Positions 19,035 through 28,574 of a stretch of DNA of 64,000 bases are shown piece by piece. Source of the DNA: a virus; IMG/VR virus record IMGVR_UViG_3300044730_002015, positions 105,525-169,524 of that record. One strand, 5' to 3'. The first letter of the stretch is position 1. Each line of letters opens with the position of its first letter. The translations under genes were made by a program, and so were the position numbers. Under the pieces are notes generated by a model that worked only from the letters and a program-made list of their open reading frames with translations, was not told where the DNA came from and ran no database searches.

Positions 19035-19160
19035 TTATCTAAGGGCAGTAACCGTGACTGCCACCAACAAAAACACGATAGCTATAGCCAGTGCAGTCAG
19101 GAGGAAAGTCAGCACGTGGGATATGCCTGTGATTGCCCAATGTATCCAGCGTAGTAACAT
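19035..19160 (-). CDS. Small TM peptide (41 aa)
   Basis: MLLRWIHWAITGISHVLTFLLTALAIAIVFLLVAVTVTALR. Confidence 0.5.
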   Translation of the reverse strand: MLLRWIHWAITGISHVLTFLLTALAIAIVFLLVAVTVTALR

Positions 19161-19162
19161 GA

Positions 19163-19621
19163 TCAACTCCCTGTGTGCAGTTGTAGGTATCCGGGACGGC
19201 CCTCAATGAGAGAGAACGATTCTATAAAGCAGTGATGACCGTCACCTGACTCACGTATGGCCGCGTCCGAGGCACGATAAAGAGCATTCCAGTCCTTGCC
19301 CTCGATTGGAACCACCACTTCTTTATCTCCCCAATGTTCGTCATAGACCACGTGCGTGGCATCTTTGTAGGGATGGCAGGTGGTCATGTGGTTGACCTGA
19401 TACAGGCTCCAAGTGGAGCGGAGCCCATAGTGTTGTTGCCAATGTTGGTATTCACGATGTTTTCTGTCGAAGTCCGCATTGTCCTGCTCATAGGCCGATT
19501 TCAGTGCCTCGCGGATACGCTCAGCACCTGTCGCACCATCAAGGCCTTGGTACTGCAATTCCCAAAGGGTGTTGTGGATGGCTTTGAATTCGTTTTTGGT
19601 CACTGTAACGTCGCAATACAT
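19163..19621 (-). CDS. Phage hypothetical protein
   Basis: W..LY.A.D..IR.SGD.HH.FIE motif. Confidence 0.72.
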   Translation of the reverse strand: MYCDVTVTKNEFKAIHNTLWELQYQGLDGATGAERIREALKSAYEQDNADFDRKHREYQHWQQHYGLRSTWSLYQVNHMTTCHPYKDATHVVYDEHWGDKEVVVPIEGKDWNALYRASDAAIRESGDGHHCFIESFSLIEGRPGYLQLHTGS

Positions 19622-19821
19622 TATGATTCCTCCTTGGAATTTAAACGTAGATATTCTTGATACAATTCAAGACGTTGATAATATTCGTTCATGATATGCT
19701 CCAGGATGCCGGTCTGATCCAAGCGACCACTGCGCTCACGGATAAGTTCCAGGACCTCGCGATCGGCATCAGTGATGGTCACAGTGATCTTGACATCTGG
19801 ATTGGGTCGGAGTTCGCTCAT
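19621..19821 (-). CDS. Hypothetical protein (ribbon-helix-helix-like)
   Basis: KITVTIT beta strand followed by two helices. Confidence 0.55.
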   Translation of the reverse strand: MSELRPNPDVKITVTITDADREVLELIRERSGRLDQTGILEHIMNEYYQRLELYQEYLRLNSKEES

Positions 19822-19831
19822 GATAAAAACC

Positions 19832-19900
19832 CTAGAACAAATGGAAACTCATACAGCCCGAAAGCAGGCTCACTGACAAAGTGATCGCTAGAAATTTCAT
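19832..19900 (-). CDS. 22-aa lipoprotein precursor
   Basis: MKFLAITLSVSLLSGCMSFHLF; LSGC lipobox, GGAG SD, ATGA coupling. Confidence 0.55.
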   Translation of the reverse strand: MKFLAITLSVSLLSGCMSFHLF

Positions 19901-20040
19901 TGCGGTTGCTCCAGGGCCTGCAGTCGCAGATACTCTTGATTGAGTTCAGCGATCCGCCGTTCATTCTTTGCGTTGGCTTCCAGATCCAGTTCGCCGCGCA
20001 CTTCGCAGAGATGGATCAGTTCTTCAATCACATCGTTCAT
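19897..20040 (-). CDS. Small helical protein (47 aa)
   Basis: MNDVIEELIHLCEVRGELD... Confidence 0.55.
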   Translation of the reverse strand: MNDVIEELIHLCEVRGELDLEANAKNERRIAELNQEYLRLQALEQPQ

Positions 20041-20045
20041 GGTTC

Positions 20046-20222
20046 TCATATGATCTCCTTTGTGCCGTCGATCCGACGGCGTTCCAGTTCCGATTCCAGC
20101 AAGTCTCGCACGATGGTGTCCTTGACCCCCATACTCCGGAGGCCTCGATAAAGACTGTATCGTTGTTGTAAGACTTCGGTGGTGCTCTTCACAATGTCTG
20201 CTTTGAGTTCATCCATGGTCAT
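20046..20222 (-). CDS. Small hypothetical protein (58 aa)
   Basis: AAGGAG SD; MTMDELKADIV... Confidence 0.55.
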   Translation of the reverse strand: MTMDELKADIVKSTTEVLQQRYSLYRGLRSMGVKDTIVRDLLESELERRRIDGTKEII

Positions 20223-20231
20223 CGTGTCTCC

Positions 20232-20576
20232 TTAGTCTAATCTCGATCCAGCATAAGCTTCAATGCCATACCGTTTCAGCACTTCGGCATAGGCTTCAGC
20301 ACCAGCCTCCAGGGTGTCCACATTCTGGCACCCAAACTTTGATGGATTCCAAAGTTGGAGCCCGCCATCGTAGGCCCGGCGGAAGCCCACTTCTTTAAGA
20401 CGTCGGCCCAGTTTGGTTGATGCCTTTTCAAACACCGTGACCCAGGCAAAGCCACAGGCCATTTGATCCTGGCCGCCGAGTTTTTCCTGGAAGAACCGGG
20501 CCGCGGCCTGCTCGGCGGCCCGGGTGGCTTCAAAATGTATTTCTTCTATGGATTCAAGACTAATTGTGGTATTCAT
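20232..20576 (-). CDS. Phage hypothetical protein
   Basis: CGFAWV...Q.....EAGA.AYA.VL...GI.AY..SRLD. Confidence 0.75.
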   Translation of the reverse strand: MNTTISLESIEEIHFEATRAAEQAAARFFQEKLGGQDQMACGFAWVTVFEKASTKLGRRLKEVGFRRAYDGGLQLWNPSKFGCQNVDTLEAGAEAYAEVLKRYGIEAYAGSRLD

Positions 20577-20605
20577 ATCTGCTCCTTTTCATTTACAATA
20601 CACAT

Positions 20606-20634
20606 ATTATAGCAAAAAGGGATTTTTTGGTCAA
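20606..20634 (-). promoter_or_regulatory. Early sigma70-type promoter
   Basis: TTGACC-N17-TATAAT. Confidence 0.85.
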
Positions 20635-20738
20635 CCTTGGGAAAACCTAGTAGCACTGCGCTCGCGCCACCATTTTTTAACACGCCAGACCATATAGTGT
20701 AACCATTCTTTGCGATGAATCATCATTGCCTCCTTGGG

Positions 20739-21113
20739 TTAAGAATTTGTGGTATGCTTACAGGATTTTCTAAACTGGAAACCTGGGCAGGTACAAGACC
20801 AACCACCGGACCAACGGCTCACGGTGTACTCATTGCCTTTGCTACCTGAAACTGTCCAGGTCTTGACATCTGTGTCAATTGTGGTCACTGACCCCGAGAC
20901 GATTTCCAAATCAGTGACAGCCGCGGCATTGATCACTCGTATGGGAAAGTCAGCATCACCGGTAATACAGAATTCTCTGTCGGTCAGCCACTTGTGTGGC
21001 TTGACCACACGGCCTTCGAACACCTGAACACTGGCCCTGGGTGGGATCATGGACGAGGCCATACGGTCGCGTAGCGTCACACGGATAACACTATCAAGGG
21101 CTGGTATTTTCAT
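20739..21113 (-). CDS. SWIM zinc-finger protein
   Basis: WSCTCPGFQFRKSCKH. Confidence 0.8.
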   Translation of the reverse strand: MKIPALDSVIRVTLRDRMASSMIPPRASVQVFEGRVVKPHKWLTDREFCITGDADFPIRVINAAAVTDLEIVSGSVTTIDTDVKTWTVSGSKGNEYTVSRWSGGWSCTCPGFQFRKSCKHTTNS

Positions 21114-21595
21114 AGTGTGTTGAATATACGGGATTCTGAATATTCGGTCAACAGGTATTGATGGCTGTCATTTAGAGCACGATACATCTGTGCCTTGCTT
21201 ACGCCAAAATGATCATAGCCTTCTTCCAGCATAGTCCAGTAGCCTTCGTCGGGCGGAAAATCCAATTGGCCAGGCGTCATATGATACACCACGGCGTGAT
21301 ATGTTTGGCCGTGACACACCACGGGCAGGACCTGTCGGGTGTAGTAGTGTGGATAGCCTTCGCGAACATCCAATCTGGCCAGGTGTTCATCGGTGATCTG
21401 CCACAGCACACCGGCCACCGACTGATTGTGAGTGGGCACAACATCAGCGTGGACAGCAAAACGGAACCGCCATTCCTGCAGATGTGCGGCGCCCAGACTA
21501 CGAGCAACACCGTCGGCGCTGAGCCGTTCGCTCATGGCATCAGGATTGGTGTTCATGCCATAGGCAAAATAGTAGTGTAGATTTTTACTGTCCAT
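21110..21595 (-). CDS. Gamma-glutamylcyclotransferase (AIG2-like)
   Basis: YFAYGMN, GVLW, LDVREGYP. Confidence 0.85.
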   Translation of the reverse strand: MDSKNLHYYFAYGMNTNPDAMSERLSADGVARSLGAAHLQEWRFRFAVHADVVPTHNQSVAGVLWQITDEHLARLDVREGYPHYYTRQVLPVVCHGQTYHAVVYHMTPGQLDFPPDEGYWTMLEEGYDHFGVSKAQMYRALNDSHQYLLTEYSESRIFNTL

Positions 21596-21601
21596 ACACA
21601 T

Positions 21602-21631
21602 ATATTAGCATATCTGGGAATTATAGGTCAA
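21602..21631 (-). promoter_or_regulatory. Early promoter, leaderless geometry
   Basis: TTGACC-N18-TAATAT, 6 nt before ATG 21595. Confidence 0.65.
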
Positions 21632-21635
21632 CCGC

Positions 21636-21655
21636 AGATTAGTGCCTACTAACCT
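21636..21655. repeat. Palindromic operator-like site, copy 2
   Basis: AGATTAGT-GCCT-ACTAACCT. Confidence 0.65.
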
Positions 21656-22565
21656 AGCGTAAACCAGCGATTCTTTGCGCCATTGCGGCGTACATCTTTG
21701 TATCACGCTCGATCAATATAGATCTGCGTCCTTGATTGTGTGCGGCCACACCAGTGGATCCCGATCCAGCAAAGGTATCTAGCACTGTGTCACCGGGGCG
21801 ACTTAGCAAGGCCACAAAGTATTCCAATATTTCTGTGGGCTTTTGTGTAGGATGTATCTTGTCTCGGCCTAGTCCACCACTGTAAGTCAAGGTATTGGGT
21901 ATCACACACTCCACTATGTCATCTTTGCGTTTGCGGCTGTCTAACATGGTCTGTGCCTGCTCTTCGGCCATGGCCATGATCTGGGACAAGGCGTAAGTGG
22001 GATGATCTTTGATCAGTTTGTATACTATGCTAGAAACTTTGTCGGCTCTAGCATAACGCTCAACGATACTGTGTTCTTCGGCATCGGCATTGAAGATTCT
22101 GGTGCCGCCGGGCTTGATACCAAACAGCACATACTCACAGGCACTCACAGGATTCACTCGGCGATTGAAAGGAACTGCAGCGGGCTTTTTCCAAGTCCAT
22201 ACTCGCTTGGGTTCAAATCCCTGTGCTTCCATGATCTTCCAAAGATGTGAAATATACTGATCAGAAATGAACACAGCAAAGGCTCCACCTTTTCGTAGTT
22301 TGCTGTGCCATACACCGGCCCAGGATTCCATTTGCTGTAAGAATTCTTCGTGACTCACGCTGTCCCAATCCTGCTCAAAACTTTCACTGAAACGCTGGCT
22401 GTGTATGGTATTTTTGTTTTGACCAGTTTCAGGATCAATCCACTCAGGTTTGGCGCCACCATCACTGATGTTGTACGGTGGATCAGTCAACAGCAGATCC
22501 ACAGAGCCGGCGGCAATTTGATCATGCACCAATAGGAAATCACCTGTGATTGTTTTTACAGTCAT
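21654..22565 (-). CDS. DNA N4/N6 methyltransferase (beta class)
   Basis: TDPPY, HPTQKP, DTFAGSGST. Confidence 0.92.
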   Translation of the reverse strand: MTVKTITGDFLLVHDQIAAGSVDLLLTDPPYNISDGGAKPEWIDPETGQNKNTIHSQRFSESFEQDWDSVSHEEFLQQMESWAGVWHSKLRKGGAFAVFISDQYISHLWKIMEAQGFEPKRVWTWKKPAAVPFNRRVNPVSACEYVLFGIKPGGTRIFNADAEEHSIVERYARADKVSSIVYKLIKDHPTYALSQIMAMAEEQAQTMLDSRKRKDDIVECVIPNTLTYSGGLGRDKIHPTQKPTEILEYFVALLSRPGDTVLDTFAGSGSTGVAAHNQGRRSILIERDTKMYAAMAQRIAGLR

Positions 22566-22571
22566 ACTATT

Positions 22572-22600
22572 ATTTTAGCAGAAACCAGGTATGTGGTCAA
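22572..22600 (-). promoter_or_regulatory. Sigma70 promoter, leaderless geometry
   Basis: TTGACC-N17-TAAAAT, 6 nt before ATG 22565. Confidence 0.7.
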
Positions 22601-24090
22601 GAGAATTGGATGTGGAATCCAGGAGCGTTTTGATCAGGAGTGTCGGTGCCAGCATGATACTGAAAACCAAATTTTAAATCTTTGAAAGGAGTTTCACTGA
22701 CTTGAATAGATCCGTTTTTATTGATAGTAATCCAGGCAGCCTTGGCGTTTTTCTTTGTCATGACATTGGTAATTGTCTGAGCCATGTCCTTGGCATCTTC
22801 GCCTTCTACCACTGCATTACGGAATGCCATGCCCAACATATAAGTCAGCTGTCTGCTGGCTGCTCTTTTAAAATTAGCGTCAAACTTGGCTCGGGATCTT
22901 GGTATACCTACGGGTTTGACATTTTTTCCGCGTGTTCGGCCTGCTGCCAACGCTGCAGGCATGATGGTGTCGATGTAGGCGGTATACAGGTCCTTTTGAC
23001 CTTGGGGAGTCTGCGACAACTTATCAATTAGATTGGACACAGCAGATTCCATTTCTGCATAGTTGGTAGGAGCGGTGCCTAAAATCTGATTCAGTTTTGT
23101 GGCTTCAGGAACTTGGGCTTTTTGGGCTGCTCTTATCAGTTTGTCGTTGGTCTTGCCTTCTTTGCTGATAAAATCTTTTAGAATAGCAAAATACTTGTCA
23201 GCATTCCAAGCCGAATCGCTGGCGAGCATGCTTTGCTCATAATCATCGATCAGATCGCGTATGGCGGCAAAACTATTACCGCTGCCGCCAAGACTTTTTA
23301 CAGCCACTGGGGTGCCTTTGACTGTGACATCGATCAAGGGAGTGTTAGATACCGCCGAAAAGGAAATTACATCATTGGCATTTTGAGCCAGCACTATGGG
23401 AGTCAATATTTCACCAAAATCCTGACTTATAAGATTCAAACAGGGTGTAATATGATCCATGAGTTCAGGATCAATAGATTGTCTTTGACCTGCTGCCACA
23501 TCTATCAACTGTGACAATGCCTGCTGTAGTTTTATGTCAGACGGGATAACAGCAGGAAGATTCTTTTTGACCAAGGCTATCATCTGTTGCTTGGTGAGAT
23601 CGATACCTTTGAGCCCAAATTTTTCTGGGCGCAACATTTGTATGCCAACTTGGCATTTACCCTCGGCGCCTACAGGTCCACCCTTGCCAGCAATGACCAC
23701 TGTAAAAACTGTGCCATCTCTGCCGGTGGCGGTGTAGATACTGTCTTTGTAAGTGCCCGACACCATTTGCGTGGGATTGGTGGTTTTTGTCAAAGGCAAA
23801 CCATTTTTTGCCAGCAATTCTACCACTCTATCTTTGGGCAAGGCATTGAGTATTCTAATACTAGGAATCAACTTATTGGCGTTGGGATCTTCCACATCGT
23901 TGCGTACATTTACCGATGGAAACTCCTTGGCTAGAATGCTTTTGATTGATTCTATAGGCTGCTGTTGCTCTAATTTGTTGGCATATTTGACACCATTGAT
24001 TTCAAAAGGTCCCATGCCCTTGGCTCTGGAACGCTTATTGACGTCAGCAGTTGGGGTATCTTGCTCTCTCAGCATTTCTATAAATCGCAT
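22597..24090 (-). CDS. Large hypothetical protein, putative PD-(D/E)xK nuclease fold
   Basis: DFGE...NTPLID...VAVKS pattern; TAAATA-N5-ATG start. Confidence 0.55.
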   Translation of the reverse strand: MRFIEMLREQDTPTADVNKRSRAKGMGPFEINGVKYANKLEQQQPIESIKSILAKEFPSVNVRNDVEDPNANKLIPSIRILNALPKDRVVELLAKNGLPLTKTTNPTQMVSGTYKDSIYTATGRDGTVFTVVIAGKGGPVGAEGKCQVGIQMLRPEKFGLKGIDLTKQQMIALVKKNLPAVIPSDIKLQQALSQLIDVAAGQRQSIDPELMDHITPCLNLISQDFGEILTPIVLAQNANDVISFSAVSNTPLIDVTVKGTPVAVKSLGGSGNSFAAIRDLIDDYEQSMLASDSAWNADKYFAILKDFISKEGKTNDKLIRAAQKAQVPEATKLNQILGTAPTNYAEMESAVSNLIDKLSQTPQGQKDLYTAYIDTIMPAALAAGRTRGKNVKPVGIPRSRAKFDANFKRAASRQLTYMLGMAFRNAVVEGEDAKDMAQTITNVMTKKNAKAAWITINKNGSIQVSETPFKDLKFGFQYHAGTDTPDQNAPGFHIQFS

Positions 24091-24094
24091 CTAA

Positions 24095-24403
24095 CTATTT
24101 ATTGGTGTCGGCATTGTCCTCGATTTGTACCATAATCATGCGATAAGCGTCATGATTCCTGCTGGAACCATCGGCATTTTCCCAAGAGTCGGTCCATTGT
24201 TGTATGCGAGGATCTACTGCAGAAGAGAATTTAACACTGTACAATTGCCCGTGTGGCCACTCTATGGATTCAAGGGCAACATCCTGCTGTGCAAACCATC
24301 GTAAGATATCCCTGTGCAGGCCTGATTCTAAGTCCAACAATTGAAGCAGATAAATCGAGTTACCTTCGCCGGCATCTGCTATGGTATCATGCAGACTGTT
24401 CAT
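24095..24403 (-). CDS. Hypothetical protein
   Basis: Coupled ORF. Confidence 0.65.
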   Translation of the reverse strand: MNSLHDTIADAGEGNSIYLLQLLDLESGLHRDILRWFAQQDVALESIEWPHGQLYSVKFSSAVDPRIQQWTDSWENADGSSRNHDAYRMIMVQIEDNADTNK

Positions 24404-24990
24404 AGATCGCGCTGTGTGACTATCTTGTCCACCAAACCATATTGCAGAGCCTGATCTGCAGTCATGAAGTTGTCTCTTTCCATGTCGTGGCGCAAGGCTT
24501 CATAATCACGGCCGGTGTGCCGAACATAGATGTTGATCAGGACTTCTTTCCAGCGCAAGAGTTCTCGTGCCTGGATCTCAACGTCGGTGGCCTGCCCCGA
24601 GGCACCGCCCAGAGGTTGGTGTATCATGTGTCTGGCATTGGGTAGGATATAGCGTTTTCCGGCACTTCCGGCCGCAGCCAACAACGATCCCATTGACGCG
24701 GCCTGTCCCAATACGATGGTGCTGACATCACACTTGATGAACTGCATGGTATCATATATGCTCATGCCCGCAGTGACTGAACCACCCGGTGAGTTGATAT
24801 AGAATTGTATGTCTTTGTCGGGATCTTCGGATTCCAAAAACAACAGTTGTGCCACTATCAAACTGGCCGAGTGTTGACTGACTTCGGTGTCCAGCATGAT
24901 GATACGATCTTTGAGCAAGCGACTGTAGATGTCATAACTGCGTTCACCTTTGGAAGTTTGTTCCAAGACGATGGGTACTAGATTAGGCAT
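24400..24990 (-). CDS. clpP: ATP-dependent Clp protease proteolytic subunit
   Basis: [34 protein letters not shown]. Confidence 0.96.
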   Translation of the reverse strand: MPNLVPIVLEQTSKGERSYDIYSRLLKDRIIMLDTEVSQHSASLIVAQLLFLESEDPDKDIQFYINSPGGSVTAGMSIYDTMQFIKCDVSTIVLGQAASMGSLLAAAGSAGKRYILPNARHMIHQPLGGASGQATDVEIQARELLRWKEVLINIYVRHTGRDYEALRHDMERDNFMTADQALQYGLVDKIVTQRDL

Positions 24991-24998
24991 GATTTCCT

Positions 24999-25655
24999 TT
25001 ATCGGTCTGAATTAATGGGAGTATCTTTAACTATTTTGGGGATCTTGGGCAGTTTGCCGGATTTGCTTTTTTCAGAAAATTCTTGATAGTTGCCGCCAAT
25101 GTGATCGCAGATGTTTAATTTCATGGCCTCGTCGGCAGACAACCAAACATCCTGGCTGGGCAACAGGTACTTGCGTATGCTGGCATCTGACGCACCTGTA
25201 CAACGACGATAGTGCTCAATCATACGCTGCTCAGTGAGTTTGAATTCCTTGACCGTGGCAAACAGTTCATGAGCCTTGCCTTCAGTTTGCCAAGAGAACT
25301 GATGGCTTAGGATAGAAGTATTGGGAGTGAGTATTCTGCGCCCTTTGGTGCCCGCCATGAATATCAATAGGCCACAGCTGGCTATGCAACCCAAGCCCAC
25401 AGTTTTGATAGGCACTGTGGAAGAATTCATTACATCGATCAAGGCAAATGCTTCGGAAATGTCCCCACCGCCACTGCAGATCATGAGCAACAGTTCCTTT
25501 TTCTTGACCTTGGCCAGGTGGTTTTCAAATAGTATCCATTCGATAATGGGTTTCATAGATTCAGCAGAAACTGCATCCATGAACACATACATTCCTGCGT
25601 CCATCAACGATTGACTATGGCTTTTGTCCAAATCTTCAGTATCTTGTGTGCTCAT
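24999..25655 (-). CDS. Divergent ClpP-like protease subunit
   Basis: [24 protein letters not shown]; Ser-His-Asp triad retained. Confidence 0.85.
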   Translation of the reverse strand: MSTQDTEDLDKSHSQSLMDAGMYVFMDAVSAESMKPIIEWILFENHLAKVKKKELLLMICSGGGDISEAFALIDVMNSSTVPIKTVGLGCIASCGLLIFMAGTKGRRILTPNTSILSHQFSWQTEGKAHELFATVKEFKLTEQRMIEHYRRCTGASDASIRKYLLPSQDVWLSADEAMKLNICDHIGGNYQEFSEKSKSGKLPKIPKIVKDTPINSDR

Positions 25656-25661
25656 GATATT

Positions 25662-25690
25662 ATTGTACGGGAGTTTATTACTTAATGCAA
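25662..25690 (-). promoter_or_regulatory. Sigma70 promoter, leaderless geometry
   Basis: TTGCAT-N17-TACAAT, 6 nt before ATG 25655. Confidence 0.65.
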
Positions 25691-25705
25691 TACGCACTGG
25701 CAAAT

Positions 25706-25737
25706 AAAAAAGGCCCCGATAAACCAATACCGGGGCC
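25706..25737 (-). terminator. Rho-independent terminator
   Basis: GGCCCCG/CGGGGCC stem followed by a T run on the minus strand. Confidence 0.65.
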
Positions 25738-25758
25738 AAGCACTGCTAGGAGGTAAAC

Positions 25759-25929
25759 TTACTGGAAATTTCTGATGGCAATTTCTTGCTTGATACGCAG
25801 ATCTATCATACGATCAATGGTGCTTTTATTGTCAATGGCTTCATACATAGTTTCCAAATCTAAGAGTTCTGAAAAACTGCTGTTCTGTATCATGTGTTCT
25901 TCCATTGATATGGGATTTATCACAGTCAT
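25759..25929 (-). CDS. Small hypothetical protein (56 aa)
   Basis: AAGGA SD; MTVINPISMEEHM... Confidence 0.5.
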   Translation of the reverse strand: MTVINPISMEEHMIQNSSFSELLDLETMYEAIDNKSTIDRMIDLRIKQEIAIRNFQ

Positions 25930-25953
25930 TTTATTGATCCTTGTGTTATCAGA

Positions 25954-27027
25954 TTAACAGCCGGTACGTCCGGTGCCCCACTTGATTTCTGCCGAAACTG
26001 TATTCAAACTACGGATGTAATCAGAACTGAGTCCGGGCATTGAGAATTCAAATGAAATCGTACGACTGGAATCAAGGTAAATCTGTTTTTGATTATAGTC
26101 AATGATGCCACCCAGATGCAGTTGGCGGCACATACTGCTTTGCTCGCCAGTGACTGTTTCTAACTTGTAGTGTATGGTCAATATCTTGTAAACCGGATAT
26201 CTCTGTTCTAAGCCTGTACGCACAGCATTTAGGATACTGGGATTATTGAATCCAAACTCGCTCATATTGGTGCCAAACCATTGCCCAGGATAGCGCATAC
26301 GGATTTTTTCTCGCTCAGGACAACCGTCATAATTGGTGGCACCATTGTTGCAAGGAACCAAAGGTCCGGCATTTTTCAATGCCTCCCAGAGAGCAAACAC
26401 ATAGTCATTGTTCCACTTGACCGTGGTAGGCAACACCAGAGTACCATCGCGACCCATTTTAGCATTGACTTTCACATCATAGGCGCGATGTGGATAATCT
26501 ACCAACACACTTTCAACAGCACGAGTAGTGGTCGAAACGCTGTTATTATAACTGTCCAGTGTGTCGGCAAAACGATTGCCGTCGATACGTCCTGATCCGC
26601 GGCTTTCGGCCAAGAATCTGTCTGCTATGCGGCTTTCGGTGACCCAAACGTCCAGTATCACTTCAACCGCATTACCCAACTGACGTTCGCTGACTACTCG
26701 GCTGTCCTCAACATAGCCGGCACTGGCCACTATGATCTCGTTACGCACCACAGCCTGATTCCTAATTTCAACTGTGCTGAGAGATAGCGCACCCAGAGCC
26801 TGTTCTACAGCCAACTTATAACCTGCTTGTATGGCCTGGTGGCGATCTTGCGCCGAACTGCGGACCTGAATGTAGTAGACTTTTTTACGGTCTTTGATGA
26901 TCCATTGGCCCACTGTGATAGCCACCGAAATTGGACTGGGCAACAGCATTTGGCCCAAGGGAGCGGCCGCGGCCGATAGTGTGGTAGTTATCAAGGCCGC
27001 GGCTATGGCTGTTTTAAGAGTTCGCAT
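25954..27027 (-). CDS. Exported protein (FlgT-N/LPP20-like N-terminal region)
   Basis: Signal peptide; A...G...AVEQALG...S...I...SAGYV. Confidence 0.7.
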   Translation of the reverse strand: MRTLKTAIAAALITTTLSAAAAPLGQMLLPSPISVAITVGQWIIKDRKKVYYIQVRSSAQDRHQAIQAGYKLAVEQALGALSLSTVEIRNQAVVRNEIIVASAGYVEDSRVVSERQLGNAVEVILDVWVTESRIADRFLAESRGSGRIDGNRFADTLDSYNNSVSTTTRAVESVLVDYPHRAYDVKVNAKMGRDGTLVLPTTVKWNNDYVFALWEALKNAGPLVPCNNGATNYDGCPEREKIRMRYPGQWFGTNMSEFGFNNPSILNAVRTGLEQRYPVYKILTIHYKLETVTGEQSSMCRQLHLGGIIDYNQKQIYLDSSRTISFEFSMPGLSSDYIRSLNTVSAEIKWGTGRTGC

Positions 27028-27050
27028 TTTAGTCTCCAGATAATCTAAGA

Positions 27051-27668
27051 TTATCGGCTGCGAAGCATCAGGCCACGAATCTGGTCTGCGGCGCCTTGTT
27101 GCTTTTCACTCCACTCGTACACAGCAACATAAGTCCGGCCACCGTCCACAGTGTAATCACGGGCCTTACGCATACCTCGCAATTTTCCAGCACTGGTAAT
27201 AGTGGTCAAGGCCGTCACTAGAGTTTCGTCCACGCGGCTGGCCTGGCGCTGTGCGGTATGATTGGCCTTGCCCTCGCTGGCTTCTAATTCACGGCTAGTA
27301 GATTCGGTGATGCCACGATCCTGCGCCCGTTCAATGGCACGACCAATGACTTTGATACGTCGATCACTGCTGACATTTTCGCCGTGTAAGAATTTGGTAA
27401 GTTTTACCTTGGCATCAGCTTCGGCCAGTAAATCGTGATTACCTTTCCACACTGGCGCCGAACCTAGAACTTCAATTCTGTCAACATTACCAAACATGGT
27501 ATAATAGATCTTGATACCTTCGTCCACGAACTCAGTAGACAGACGTTGATCCTTGACAGCCACACGATCTTCGCTGGCGCCAAAACCTGCGCCAACTTTT
27601 GCTGTAGACGAGCAACCAGTGATGCCTACAACAGCCAACAACGATAATGCGATTACAGTCTTTTTCAT
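27051..27668 (-). CDS. Lipoprotein (LPP20-like)
   Basis: Lipobox ITGC; GGAGG SD. Confidence 0.75.
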   Translation of the reverse strand: MKKTVIALSLLAVVGITGCSSTAKVGAGFGASEDRVAVKDQRLSTEFVDEGIKIYYTMFGNVDRIEVLGSAPVWKGNHDLLAEADAKVKLTKFLHGENVSSDRRIKVIGRAIERAQDRGITESTSRELEASEGKANHTAQRQASRVDETLVTALTTITSAGKLRGMRKARDYTVDGGRTYVAVYEWSEKQQGAADQIRGLMLRSR

Positions 27669-27699
27669 ACTTGCCTCCTATGGCAGTTATTGTCTAATA

Positions 27700-27728
27700 A
27701 TAATACAGCAAACATCTTTTTTGGTCAA
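27700..27728 (-). promoter_or_regulatory. Early sigma70-type promoter
   Basis: TTGACC-N17-TATTAT. Confidence 0.65.
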
Positions 27729-27818
27729 GTTTGAGTGATCCAAAAAACGGCGCCTATCACGGCACCTAGGCCAGCAGACCCCAAACATATGCCCATGGTT
27801 TCCGCTAGATTCCAAAAT

Positions 27819-28376
27819 TCAGTTGTTACCTTCATCGGCCCATTCCTCCATTGATTCACTGATGCCAAAATAGTCATCAAGATATTCTGGTATGCTTTCA
27901 CGTACCCCATCAGCATCGCCGGGAATTTCATAGCAGTCGTCTGCGCCGTTGTCCCAGTGGCCAACAAATGAACAGCCGGGCTCATAATAGTATGCGGAAA
28001 CTTCAAACCCTTGCTCCACCATACGGTCGTAGAATGCCAAGGGCGGCGACCAAGCGGTGTCAAATATCAATTCCATCGACTGATCCGAATCGCTGTTGAT
28101 GGTGATGTTGTTGGCGTCCCACTTGGTGCCCCATTCACTGACGCAAAAGTCATACCAATCCTTGTAGCCGTGTGAGTCACGATTGGCATCCTGTAGCATT
28201 TCCAATTTTTCCTGCTCTACCACATCGCCCAGTTGCCCTGCGGTGATGTTCAAGGATGCTGGCATTGGCACAAAAGTCTGGAACAATTCATTGCGGTCAA
28301 CTGCTTGTTGTACCAGGCTCATCATGGCCGGATCCTCGTGTCTGAGTCGCAGAGTATTGGCGCACCAGTTGGGCAT
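27819..28376 (-). CDS. DUF1281/YubB ferredoxin-like protein
   Basis: MPNWC, WYD...WGTKWD, FDTAWSPP, YYEPG. Confidence 0.85.
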   Translation of the reverse strand: MPNWCANTLRLRHEDPAMMSLVQQAVDRNELFQTFVPMPASLNITAGQLGDVVEQEKLEMLQDANRDSHGYKDWYDFCVSEWGTKWDANNITINSDSDQSMELIFDTAWSPPLAFYDRMVEQGFEVSAYYYEPGCSFVGHWDNGADDCYEIPGDADGVRESIPEYLDDYFGISESMEEWADEGNN

Positions 28377-28378
28377 GA

Positions 28379-28558
28379 TTATGCTCCTGAGGGTGCCGGC
28401 GCACCAATACCACAGGCGGCAAAGAACCGTTGCTCATCAAATCTAGCATTGGCCAATTTACAGGCCGAGGCCACTGCCACAGCGGCTTGCAGGCGAGCGT
28501 GTGGATCCAGGATCATTTGAATATAGTCTGCCAAAAGTTTGAAATGTTTCTTGCTCAT
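28379..28558 (-). CDS. Small phage protein (59 aa)
   Basis: MSKKHFKLLA...NARFDEQRFFAACG; AGGAG SD. Confidence 0.65.
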   Translation of the reverse strand: MSKKHFKLLADYIQMILDPHARLQAAVAVASACKLANARFDEQRFFAACGIGAPAPSGA

Positions 28559-28574
28559 TGCAGTATCTCCTGGA

